The position numbers were made by a program, and so were the translations under genes. Of a DNA stretch of 28,271 bases, positions 19,916 to 28,271 are shown in pieces (within the stretch, counting starts at the first letter, position 1; each line of letters opens with the position of its first letter). The notes under the pieces are model-generated. The model had not been told where the DNA came from. It saw only the letters and a program-made list of their open reading frames with translations, and did no database searches. Location: contig JBBIJD010000014.1 of NCBI GenBank assembly GCA_037446135.1, forward strand, positions 1 to 28,271, written 5' to 3'. The DNA is from Candidatus Fraserbacteria bacterium. Its GTDB lineage: Bacteria > Bipolaricaulota > Bipolaricaulia > RBG-16-55-9 > JANLFV01.

Positions 19916-20203
19916 ATGAAGTTCCGCTGCACCGCATGCGAGGCGCTCTTCTACGGGGACGAGCCGCTCGAGGCCTGCTCCCTCTGCGGCGGGGAGCTCC
20001 GCGAGGAAAGAGTAGGATGGGAGCGATGCATCTGTGAGGAGCGGGGGGTGGAGATCGAGCTCCGCTTTGGGATCCCGGCCTGTGAGCACTTCTTGCTCAA
20101 CAATGCCCCCGGCTCCCGCTGCACATATTTTGCTCTCCCGCGCCGCTGCTGCGCCGACCGCCTCCCGGAGTATCAGCCCCGGGCCGGGCTGATCCGGAAA
20201 TAG
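19916..20203 (+). CDS. Small Cys-rich hypothetical protein (N-terminal CxxC/CxxC metal ribbon)
   Basis: Fills the operon gap exactly; GGAGG SD; 10 Cys in 95 aa. Confidence 0.7.
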   Translation: MKFRCTACEALFYGDEPLEACSLCGGELREERVGWERCICEERGVEIELRFGIPACEHFLLNNAPGSRCTYFALPRRCCADRLPEYQPRAGLIRK

Positions 20204-20213
20204 ATGGCCCCAG

Positions 20214-21992
20214 ATGGCTGAGAAGATCATCAATCGCCTCAGCTTCAAGATCGGCGGGGAGGCCGGCCAAGGAGTCGAGTCGAGCGGGGCCGGGTTCGCC
20301 AAGGCCCTCGCCCGCGGAGGCCTCCATATCTTTGCCTACCAGGACTATATGTCCCGGATCCGCGGAGGGCATAACTTCTTCCAGATCCGGGTCTCCGACC
20401 GGCCTCTCTACTCCCATACCGACGAGATCGAGCTCCTCCTGGCCCTCACCACGGAGGCGGTCGAGAAGCACCTCTCCGAGCTCGTCCCCGGCGGAGGAGT
20501 AATCTGCGACGAGGAGTTGAAGCTAGAGGGGGGCTCCCTGGCGGAGCGGGAGGTCAAGCTCTTCCAGCTCCCCTTGGGGAAGATTGCCCTCGAGGAGGGC
20601 GGGAGCAAGGTGATGGCCAACACCGCTGCTTTAGGGGCCGCCGCGGGGATCACCAATTACAAGCTGGAGCACCTCGAGTCCGTCATCGAGGCCAACTTCA
20701 AGGTCAAGGGCCCCCAGATCGTCCAGGCCAACCTGGCCGTGGTCCGCGCGGCCTATGAGTATGCGAGACAGCGTTATGCCGCCGACTTCGGATATGAGCT
20801 GAGGGAGCTCGCGGCTCCAAAGAGATTGGTCCTCTCCGGGAATGGGGCGATCTGCCTCGGGGCCGTGGCCGCGGGGTGCAAGTTCCTCGCGGCCTATCCC
20901 ATGACCCCTACAACCGGGATCTTAGAGTGGTTCGCCGCCCATGCCAGCGACCTCGGCCTCGTCTTCAAGCAAACAGAGGACGAGATCGCCGCGATCAATA
21001 TGGCCATCGGCGCGGCCCACATGGGCCTCCGAGCGATGTGTGCCACCTCCGGCGGGGGTTTTTCGTTGATGGCCGAGGCCCTCGGCCTGGCGGGGATGAC
21101 TGAGACGCCAATCGTGATCGTGGAGGGCCAGCGGCCGGGGCCCTCGACCGGCCTCCCGACCAAGACGGAGCAGGGGGACCTGCTGTTCGTCCTCCACGCC
21201 TCCCAGGGCGAATTCCCCAGGATCATCCTGGCCCCAGGGACGGCGGAGGAGGCCTTTTTCGCCGCGGTGAGGGCCTTCAACCTCGCTGAGCGCTACCAGT
21301 GCCCGGTGATCATCCTGAGCGATCACTTCTTAGCGACATCACTGCGGACGGTCGAGCCGGACCGGCTCAAGCTGGAGGATGTGAAGATCGACCGCGGAGA
21401 GCTCCTGACCCCGGAGGAGTTGGATAAGATCACAGACTACAAGCGCTTCCGCCTCACCGAGACGGGGATCTCGCCCCGGGCCCTCCCCGGCCATCCCAAG
21501 GCCGTCTATGTCGCCACCGGGGACGAGCACGCTGAGGACGGCCGGATCACTGAGGAGCCCGTCCTCCGCCGGAGGATGATGGAGAAGAGGATGAGGAAGC
21601 TCGAGCTGGCCCGCCGAGACCGGGAGCTCCCGGCCCCGAAGCTTTATGGCCCCCAGGATCAGGATGCGGAGTTGACCTTCCTGGCCTGGGGCTCGACCTG
21701 GGGGCCGCTGCGGGAGGCGGTCGAGCGGCTCAATTCCGCCGGCGAACGGGCCAATATGCTCCATTTCTCGGCCGTCTGGCCCTTCCCCGAGGAGGCGGCC
21801 GAGGCCCTCAAGAAGGCCAAGCGCTTGATCGCCGTCGAGGGGAACTACAGCGGCCAGTTCGCCCGGCTGATCCGCCGGGAGACCGGCCTCAAGGTCGAGG
21901 GCCTGATCACAAAGTATGATGGTCTCCCACTCTCTCCGGGGTATATCCTCCAGAGATTGCGGGAGCTAGAGGGGGTGAAGGCCGGTGCTTGA
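20214..21992 (+). CDS. 2-oxoacid:acceptor oxidoreductase alpha subunit (fused gamma-alpha)
   Basis: 'GGEAGQG', 'YPMTP', 'EDEIAA', 'TSGGGFSL', 'RPGPSTGLPT'. Confidence 0.95.
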   Translation: MAEKIINRLSFKIGGEAGQGVESSGAGFAKALARGGLHIFAYQDYMSRIRGGHNFFQIRVSDRPLYSHTDEIELLLALTTEAVEKHLSELVPGGGVICDEELKLEGGSLAEREVKLFQLPLGKIALEEGGSKVMANTAALGAAAGITNYKLEHLESVIEANFKVKGPQIVQANLAVVRAAYEYARQRYAADFGYELRELAAPKRLVLSGNGAICLGAVAAGCKFLAAYPMTPTTGILEWFAAHASDLGLVFKQTEDEIAAINMAIGAAHMGLRAMCATSGGGFSLMAEALGLAGMTETPIVIVEGQRPGPSTGLPTKTEQGDLLFVLHASQGEFPRIILAPGTAEEAFFAAVRAFNLAERYQCPVIILSDHFLATSLRTVEPDRLKLEDVKIDRGELLTPEELDKITDYKRFRLTETGISPRALPGHPKAVYVATGDEHAEDGRITEEPVLRRRMMEKRMRKLELARRDRELPAPKLYGPQDQDAELTFLAWGSTWGPLREAVERLNSAGERANMLHFSAVWPFPEEAAEALKKAKRLIAVEGNYSGQFARLIRRETGLKVEGLITKYDGLPLSPGYILQRLRELEGVKAGA

Positions 21993-22848
21993 CCTCAAGC
22001 TCTATCAAGGCCGGGAGAAGCCCACTTGGTGCCCGGGATGCGGTGATTGGGGCATCCTAGCGGCGGTGAAAAATGCCCTGGCGGAGCTGGAGATCCCGCC
22101 CCACCGGGCGCTCATCGTCTCCGGGATCGGCTGTGGGAGCAAATTACCTCATTACATGCGAGTGAACGGCTTCCACGGGATCCACGGCCGGGCCCTCCCG
22201 ATCGCCACCGCGGCCAAGCTGGCCAACCATGAAATGACCGTTCTCGTGGTGGCCGGAGACGGCGATAGCTACGGGATCGGGGGGAATCACCTTTTGCATG
22301 CCTGCCGGAGGAATCCGGATCTCACCCACTTGGTCCAGGACAACCGCGTCTACGGCCTCACCAAGGGGCAATATTCCCCCACCTCGGAGAAGGGCTTCTT
22401 CACGGTAACCTCACCTGAAGGGTCAGTAGAGCTAGGGTTCAATCCCCTGACGATCGCACTCGCTGCCGGGGCGAGCTTCGTCGCCCGCGGCTTCGTCGGG
22501 GACTTGAAGCACCTCACGGGCCTGATCGTCCGGGGCGTGAAACATAAGGGCTACGCGCTGATCGACATCCTCCAGCCGTGCGTGACCTTCAACCGGGTCA
22601 ATACCTACGAGTTCTACAACGAGCGGGTCTACCGGCTCGAGGAGACCGACCACGACCCCCGCGACCGGCTCGCGGCTTTGCAAAAGACCTGGGAGTGGGG
22701 CGAGCAGATCCCGATCGGCCTCTTCTACGAGGAGGAGCGGCCGACCCACGAGGAAGGCTTCCCGGCCCTCCGCCTCGGCCCGCTGGTCGAGCGCGGGCTG
22801 AAGCCCACCGCTGAGGAATTCGCGGCCCTGAAGGCCGAATTCCTATAA
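21985..22848 (+). CDS. 2-oxoacid:acceptor oxidoreductase beta subunit
   Basis: 'WCPGCG', 'GIGC', TPP motif 'GDGD...N', 'YGLTKGQ', 'QPCVTFN'. Confidence 0.95.
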   Translation: MLDLKLYQGREKPTWCPGCGDWGILAAVKNALAELEIPPHRALIVSGIGCGSKLPHYMRVNGFHGIHGRALPIATAAKLANHEMTVLVVAGDGDSYGIGGNHLLHACRRNPDLTHLVQDNRVYGLTKGQYSPTSEKGFFTVTSPEGSVELGFNPLTIALAAGASFVARGFVGDLKHLTGLIVRGVKHKGYALIDILQPCVTFNRVNTYEFYNERVYRLEETDHDPRDRLAALQKTWEWGEQIPIGLFYEEERPTHEEGFPALRLGPLVERGLKPTAEEFAALKAEFL

Positions 22849-22857
22849 GGAGGAATC

Positions 22858-23019
22858 ATGGAGAAGTGGCAGTGCACCGTCTGCGGCTACATCTATGACC
22901 CGGAGAAGGGGGATCCCGACGGGGACATCCCCGAGGGGACCCCGTTCGAGGACCTCCCGGGGGATTGGGTCTGCCCCGTCTGCGGGGCGGGGAAGGAGAT
23001 GTTCGAGAAGCTGGAGTGA
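22858..23019 (+). CDS. Rubredoxin (not in ORF track)
   Basis: Manual translation [62 protein letters not shown]. Confidence 0.97.
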   Translation: MEKWQCTVCGYIYDPEKGDPDGDIPEGTPFEDLPGDWVCPVCGAGKEMFEKLE

Positions 23020-24233
23020 AGGTCATCATCGTCGGGAACGGGGTCGCGGGGATCGCCGCCGCCCGGACGATCCGCGAGAGCCGCCCCGAAGCTGAGGTCC
23101 AGGTCGAGATCTACTCCGCTGAGGATTGCCACTACTACCCCAAGCCGCAGTTGATCGAGCTCCTGGCCGGCCGGATCGCAATAGAGCAGGCTTTCCTCTA
23201 TGATGAGAGGTGGTATCGCGAGCGGGGCATCAAGGTTCATCTCGCGAGCCTGGTGGAGGAGCTCGATCCGGCCCGAGGAGAGATCAAGCTCAGGAGCGGG
23301 AAGAGGGTCGGCTACGACCGCCTCCTCCTCGCCACCGGGGCCCGGCCGGCATTGCCCGAGGTCCCGGGGATCGACCAGGAGGGGGTCTTCGCCCTCCGGA
23401 CCCTCGCCGATGCCCTGAGGCTGAAGGAGCGGGCCGAGGCGAGTAAGAGCAAGAGGATGATAGTCCTCGGTGGAGGCCTCTTGGGCCTGGAGGCTGCCTC
23501 TGCCCTCGCCTCTTCCACCGGGACTCACCCCTTGGTCCTGGAGCGGCGGGGCTGGCCCCTCTCCCGTCAGCTCGACCGCCAAGGGGGCGAGCTCCTGATG
23601 AGGCTCCTCCGGAGGAAGGGGGTGGAGGTGGTCACCGAGGCAGAGTGCGCCGCGATCTTGGAGGGGGCCCGCGGGGTCGAGCTGGCCGATGGGAGGCTCA
23701 TTGAAGGGGACTTTATTTTGGTCGCGGCCGGGATTGAGCCGAACTGCGCACTGGCCAGGGAAGCAGGACTCAAGGTGAATAGGGGGATCATCGTCGATGA
23801 GCGGCTCCGGACGAGCGCTCCAGAAGTCCATGCCGCTGGGGATGTAGCCGAATTCGAGGGGAAGGTCTACGGGATCATCCCCGCGGCGATCGAGCAGGCA
23901 AAAGTCGCGGCTTTGAACATCGTCGGAGAGGAGGCTAGCTATCGGGGCACGGTCCCCTCCAACACCCTGAAGGTGAGCGGTGTCGACCTCTTCTCCGCCG
24001 GGGAGGTCAATCCTCAGGCCCAGGGCGAGGGATACAAAGAGCTCCGGCTGGTCGATGAGGCCCGCGGAATCTACAAGAAGATGGTCTTCAGGGAGGGGAG
24101 GCTCGTGGGGGCGATCCTCCTGGGGACGAGGAAGAATGCCCTCCAGCTCTCGAAATTGATCGCCTCAGGGGAGGACCTCTCCGGATACGAAGAGGCCCTC
24201 CTCGGGGACGAGTTCGACTTCAAGGGGCTGTAA
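23016..24233 (+). CDS. FAD-dependent NAD(P)H:rubredoxin oxidoreductase-like protein
   Basis: 'GNGVAG', 'ATGA', 'GGGLLGLE', 'AAGDVAE', C-terminal 'YKKMVF...LVGAILLG'; GTGA overlap with rubredoxin. Confidence 0.88.
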   Translation: MKVIIVGNGVAGIAAARTIRESRPEAEVQVEIYSAEDCHYYPKPQLIELLAGRIAIEQAFLYDERWYRERGIKVHLASLVEELDPARGEIKLRSGKRVGYDRLLLATGARPALPEVPGIDQEGVFALRTLADALRLKERAEASKSKRMIVLGGGLLGLEAASALASSTGTHPLVLERRGWPLSRQLDRQGGELLMRLLRRKGVEVVTEAECAAILEGARGVELADGRLIEGDFILVAAGIEPNCALAREAGLKVNRGIIVDERLRTSAPEVHAAGDVAEFEGKVYGIIPAAIEQAKVAALNIVGEEASYRGTVPSNTLKVSGVDLFSAGEVNPQAQGEGYKELRLVDEARGIYKKMVFREGRLVGAILLGTRKNALQLSKLIASGEDLSGYEEALLGDEFDFKGL

Positions 24234-24325
24234 GATAATACCAGCACCAGCCAGGCCCGGGAGTGGCTTGCTCTCCCCCTCCGCGCTTATAATTTGGACG
24301 GTCAACTTTCCCAAGGGGGAGGAAG

Positions 24326-24592
24326 ATGGAAGAGGCCGAGCTCAGAGAAGGGAAAGAGGTCGGGAAGGTGACCCATTATTTCTCCCGGATCGGCGTGGGT
24401 GCGATCGAGCTCTCCGGGGAGCTCAAGCTCGGGGATAAGATCAGGATCAAGGGAGCGACGACCGACTTCGAGCAGCTCGTGGAGTCGATGCAGATCGAGG
24501 GTAAGCCAGTCGAGCGGGCCGGTCCGGGAGATTCCATCGGACTTAAGGTGAAGGACCGGGTCCGGGAGGGGGATATCGTATACAGGCTGTAG
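24326..24592 (+). CDS. Small beta-barrel 'translation-factor-like' protein (resembles peptidase U32 C-terminal domain)
   Basis: 'GKVTHYFSRIGVGAIEL...GD.I.I.G.TT.F.Q.VESMQIE...GDSIGLKV..RVREGD'; GGAGG SD; TATAAT at 24288-24293. Confidence 0.8.
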   Translation: MEEAELREGKEVGKVTHYFSRIGVGAIELSGELKLGDKIRIKGATTDFEQLVESMQIEGKPVERAGPGDSIGLKVKDRVREGDIVYRL

Positions 24593-24706
24593 TCTGTGGA
24601 GTTCGGGGGCTTGGCGACTAGCTGGCGTTTAGTTGGCGATCTTGGCGATTTCATCGATGCTCATAAGGTTGTGGGGTCAGGGTGCAGTGGATCAGTAAGA
24701 TTGACA

Positions 24707-26152
24707 ACTAATTCTGGCCCCAAATTGCCCGCCATCCACTTTGAGGAAAGCGTGCTCTCACTCCCTTCCACACGGCTTTCGCCCACGGATGAAGGGTCGG
24801 CAACTTCAACTGGACCTTAGACCCACCTCGACCCACCTTCACCTGAGCGGGCATCGCCAGCACCTCCTCTACTAACCGCTCCATCCCCAGAAAAGCGGCC
24901 TTCGTTCCTTCAAGAAACCAGTGTTTGAACCAGACCAATAGATTGTGCGCCAACTGTGCCAGCAAGACCAGCGCCTCCTGGGAGGGGAAGCGTTTCTTCC
25001 TCCGTCTCTCTAACCCCAACCCCCGCTTGTCCCCTTTGATCTCTACCTCCATCCCGCCCCGCCGGTCATAGAGCTTGGCCACCTCCTCCCGGGAGAGCGA
25101 AACCTCAGTGGTGATCAGCAGGTCTTGATGGAGCTTCCCCTTCTCGTCCCGCCAACGCCGCGCCACCGTCTGAGTCTTCCGCCCGTAGCGATGGGGCTGA
25201 GTAGGCCTGCCCAGCTCTTGTCCTGGAGTCGGTCCTTCTCGCCAATCGCCCTCCGGGACGCTGCCCGCCACCTTCCAAGCCCGGCTGCTCGAATACCCCT
25301 TAGCGATGAATCGATATCCCCGCCAAGAGAGCCAATTGAGGTTCTCGTCCGTCCCAAACCCCCCATCCAATCGGATGAGGGTCCGCTTTCGCTTCACTTC
25401 ATCCAGCCCCAAGATCCGCTCCACCTCGCCCATGGTCTCTTTGAGGACTTCTCTACTGGCCGTGTTCCCTGGGTAGAGCTTCTCAAAGAGCACCTCCCCG
25501 TATTGCGAGGCGGTCACCCGCACCAGTTGCCGCCCCCGGCGGTTGCGTTTGCCGGGGAAGTAGCCTTTGGTGCTCCCCTCAGCATTCTTGGAGGCCGTAA
25601 GCCCTGTGAGGTCTACCTCGAGGCTCAAGAGTTCCTGCTCAAAGTCATGGGAGAAGACCCGACCCTGCTGTCGCTGGATGGTCTCCACCGCCCGGCGCAG
25701 TTCCTCGACCGTCTCCTCGGTAAAGGCATTGAGGGTATCAGCCACGGTGGACTGATCGGCGCAGCGCTCCCGGCCGAAGGAGAGCTGCAAGGGGCGATCG
25801 GGACGCACCTTGACGTTGAGCTGGTAGAGAGCGGAGCAACCGGCCAAGATCCCGATCAGGGCGTCAAGCAGTTTCTCGGTGGGGGAGTGCCGGATCGCCT
25901 TTTGCCGGAGATGGACCTGCTCTAGGGGTTGGAGCACGTGGTTTTGCCTGAGGTAATGGCCCAAGGCACAGAGGGGGCCATAGGCAGTTTGCGTTTCGGC
26001 TGGAGATAGGTCACACTTGATCATGCTAATGCTGGTAATCCTCCCTTCATAAGGTTCTGACCCATTAGAATGGGCCGAAATCGGGACGGATTACCAGCTT
26101 GCTCTCATCCGCCGGGTGAGTGCAACCCCGGACATTTGGGACGAAATTTAGT
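24707..26152 (-). mobile_element. Insertion sequence, IS1380-like (about 1446 bp)
   Basis: Terminal inverted repeats 24707-24725 and 26134-26152 (15/19 match); flanking 5-bp direct repeat TGACA at 24702-24706 and 26153-26157. Confidence 0.8.
24708..26024 (-). CDS. DDE transposase (IS1380/IS4-superfamily-like)
   Basis: 'EVDLTG', 'RLDGGF', 'Y.RRGGME.EIK.DK' DDE pattern; stop codon lies within the TIR. Confidence 0.88.
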   Translation of the reverse strand: MIKCDLSPAETQTAYGPLCALGHYLRQNHVLQPLEQVHLRQKAIRHSPTEKLLDALIGILAGCSALYQLNVKVRPDRPLQLSFGRERCADQSTVADTLNAFTEETVEELRRAVETIQRQQGRVFSHDFEQELLSLEVDLTGLTASKNAEGSTKGYFPGKRNRRGRQLVRVTASQYGEVLFEKLYPGNTASREVLKETMGEVERILGLDEVKRKRTLIRLDGGFGTDENLNWLSWRGYRFIAKGYSSSRAWKVAGSVPEGDWREGPTPGQELGRPTQPHRYGRKTQTVARRWRDEKGKLHQDLLITTEVSLSREEVAKLYDRRGGMEVEIKGDKRGLGLERRRKKRFPSQEALVLLAQLAHNLLVWFKHWFLEGTKAAFLGMERLVEEVLAMPAQVKVGRGGSKVQLKLPTLHPWAKAVWKGVRARFPQSGWRAIWGQN

Positions 26153-26230
26153 TGACACCTTCGATGAGAGGCACTACAAGCGGCTGGAAGGCATAAGGAT
26201 CTCAGTTTCAGGCGTTTGAGGAGGAGACAG

Positions 26231-28271
26231 GTGAGCAATCGGGACGAGGTAGCCTCCTTTCGCCAGCTTCTAAGGCGTTTGGCCGACCGCTGTAGCGAAA
26301 GCGATCTCGATGAGCGCGAGGTCGTCACCCTCTTTGCTGAACAGGGCTTCTTCTCCGAGTTAGGTTATGGTTCCATCGGAGAAGACCTTCGGTTGGAACA
26401 GCACATTCGCAAAGGGCGGGCTGGTGTAGTGATGCGCGGCGTCACAGGCCGACCAGTCTGCATTATCGAGTTCAAACGCCCCAACACCGACCCTAGCAGC
26501 TCACCGAGCACAACTCGAAGAGTATGTAGGAGAACTGCTCCCGGAGTACGCGGCCCTCACTGATGGTGTGCAGTTCTGGCTCTATCGCCGTCGGGACAGG
26601 GTTCTGGAAGAGCCGGAACAATTCCCGCTGGCAGCACTAAGCGACACCCAAGCCCGTAAACTCCAAGAAATCTTGCGGAAGCGCATCGTCGATTGGCAAA
26701 GTCTTGCTGCTGCCCAGGAAGCTTTGCGAGCTTGCCGAGAGAACCCTGTTCAAATCACCAGCCCAGACCAGGAAGGTGGCCGGATCTTCCTTGGGCAGTT
26801 CGCGCGCTCTCTCTGCGAGTGGCCTTCGGGCGGCTCGCACGGGCGCTCTTTGAAAGTCTTCCACGGCTGCTCGACCGCTCTGACTTCGCTCGCGGAGCTT
26901 ATGCTCTCTGGGAGAAGATTTACGCCCGCCAGATCAGTGACGGTGAAGCTGAAAAGCTGGCCCATACCTGGGCAGCGTTCGTCGACCAGAATGCCAATAA
27001 GCAGAAGATCTATCGCTTCATGTTCGCTTTGGAGACAGCTTATGCGATCCTTTCACACCTCCTGCTTGCCAAGGCCATGCAAGATGCGGGTTTTCCGCTG
27101 GACGCCCTCGGGGCCTCCGAGCGAGAACTGGATGCGCGGGACCGTCGCGGCCTCCTCGATCTTAAAGAATATGTCCCAGCAATCTCGGCCATCTTTGAAG
27201 AAGGTAAGCAACAGGCATTCCAGTCGCTCTTTGCGAGCGACATCCTCGATTGGTGGCTCGATTTGCCCAAGCTTGATGAGGTGACCCACGACTCATACGA
27301 AGCGCTGGCCGAGGCGGCCCTGGCTGTCTTTCAGTTCGACTTCTCCGGGCTCTCCGGCGATCTCTTGGGCCAACTCTATCAGTCCTACTTCGATCCCGAG
27401 ACACGCAAGGCTTTGGGCGAATTCTACACGCCGCCGGAGGTTGTGGAGTTCATTCTGGATCATGTCGGCTATGAGGGAGCTCGGGTAAGCACGGCTCGTC
27501 TATTAGATCCGGCCTGCGGCTCAGGAACATTTCTAGTTCACGCTCTCAAGCGCTATTTGAGCACCTCGTCGGGCGATGCTAAGGAGACTCTGCAGAGTCT
27601 GATCAATGGCTTTCGCATCGTCGGCTTCGACATCAATCCTTTCGCAGTGCTCATGGCTCAGGTGAACTACGCGCTCCATCTTCTGCCCACATATGCCGAA
27701 GCTCTCGAGCGTGACCCAGCCTTTGAGATCCCCACGCTGCCGGTCTTCCGCACGGACTCCCTGCGCCAGGAGAAGCGCGAGGGTGAGAAGGAAGAGGATG
27801 GAAGAGCGCCCGGATGCAGGGATAGGCTTCACTTTCGAGTTTCGGGGCGACATCACCCGGATCAAGACCGAGCTGCCCATCGAGGTCAAGGGCGGTGAGT
27901 TCCTCAAAGTAGAGATTCCCGTGCCGCGGTTCGATCGCGCTCGCTATCACGGCTGGGTGGACAATGTTGAAGAGTATCTTCGCGTCCAGCATGCGATGTT
28001 TGCTGCCGTGCGCGAGAGCCATGAGCGAGGACTGGCCGCGCCCACAGCAAAAGACCTAGAACAAGCACTTGCTCATGCAAGAGAGTTAGCGCGGTATGTT
28101 AAACCTTCGGTGGATCAGATTCTCGAGAAACTTGGCGAGCTCAAAGAAGACGGGCGCTTCCTCAAGACGCTGGAGGACCTGGCGCTGGCAATGACACTGA
28201 AGCATGAGCTGCAATATGATAAGGAGGGTGGCAAGCTCGGGTTCATCTGTTCTGATCGCTTCTTGCTCGCC
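26231..28271 (+). pseudogene. Decayed type IIG-like restriction-modification enzyme (nuclease + N6-adenine MTase), 3'-truncated by window
   Basis: Nuclease 'IIEFKRP...ALTDG', MTase 'LGEFYTP', 'LLDPACGSGTFL', 'GFDINP', spread over frames with shifts near 26491, 26805 and 27800; NPPY motif absent. Confidence 0.8.

Noticed and set aside
24661..26063. TCATAAGGTT direct repeat (24661, 26047) and GGGTCAG/CTGACCC inverted repeat as IS boundaries
   Set aside because: They are mutually inconsistent; the 19-bp TIR plus TGACA duplication at 24707/26152 explains the element better.
26801..26814. Dinucleotide tract as a phase-variation switch of the R-M gene
   Set aside because: The tract is very short and other independent lesions would keep the gene inactive.

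Overview
High-GC bacterial window, apparently from an anaerobe. The gene complement resembles Thermotogae/Bipolaricaulota-like lineages, but taxonomy cannot be established from the sequence alone. The left part holds a truncated methyltransferase-GNAT fusion, a HAD hydrolase and a glyQS-proS pair (alpha2 GlyRS, archaeal/eukaryote-type ProRS). About 4.4-24.3 kb is a large oxygen/ROS-defence region in three main operons: (1) DUF438 hemerythrin-PAS, flavodiiron FprA, Mo-oxidoreductase, BCP-nitroreductase fusion; (2) perR, fprA, rubrerythrin, bacterioferritin-like, Prx6, superoxide reductase, lipA, lpdA; (3) nitroreductase, Cys-rich ORF, 2-oxoacid oxidoreductase alpha/beta, rubredoxin (missed by the ORF track), NADH:rubredoxin oxidoreductase. 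Interspersed are a tdk-dNK-flavoprotein operon, a HAD phosphatase, an AraC-GyrI regulator and a divergent atypical rubrerythrin. The right end is an accessory segment: an IS1380-like element (24707-26152) inserted in a TTGACA hexamer, then a decayed type IIG-like restriction-modification gene. Most notable observations: (i) the AraC-GyrI coding sequence contains three 21-bp-phased AGCAAG repeats plus a -10, SD and in-frame ATG, suggesting an internal self-activated promoter for a stand-alone GyrI-like domain; (ii) the palindrome TTAGC-N3-GCTAA sits at an identical position in two redox-operon promoters; (iii) lipA-lpdA lie in the PerR operon without a lipoyl carrier gene.
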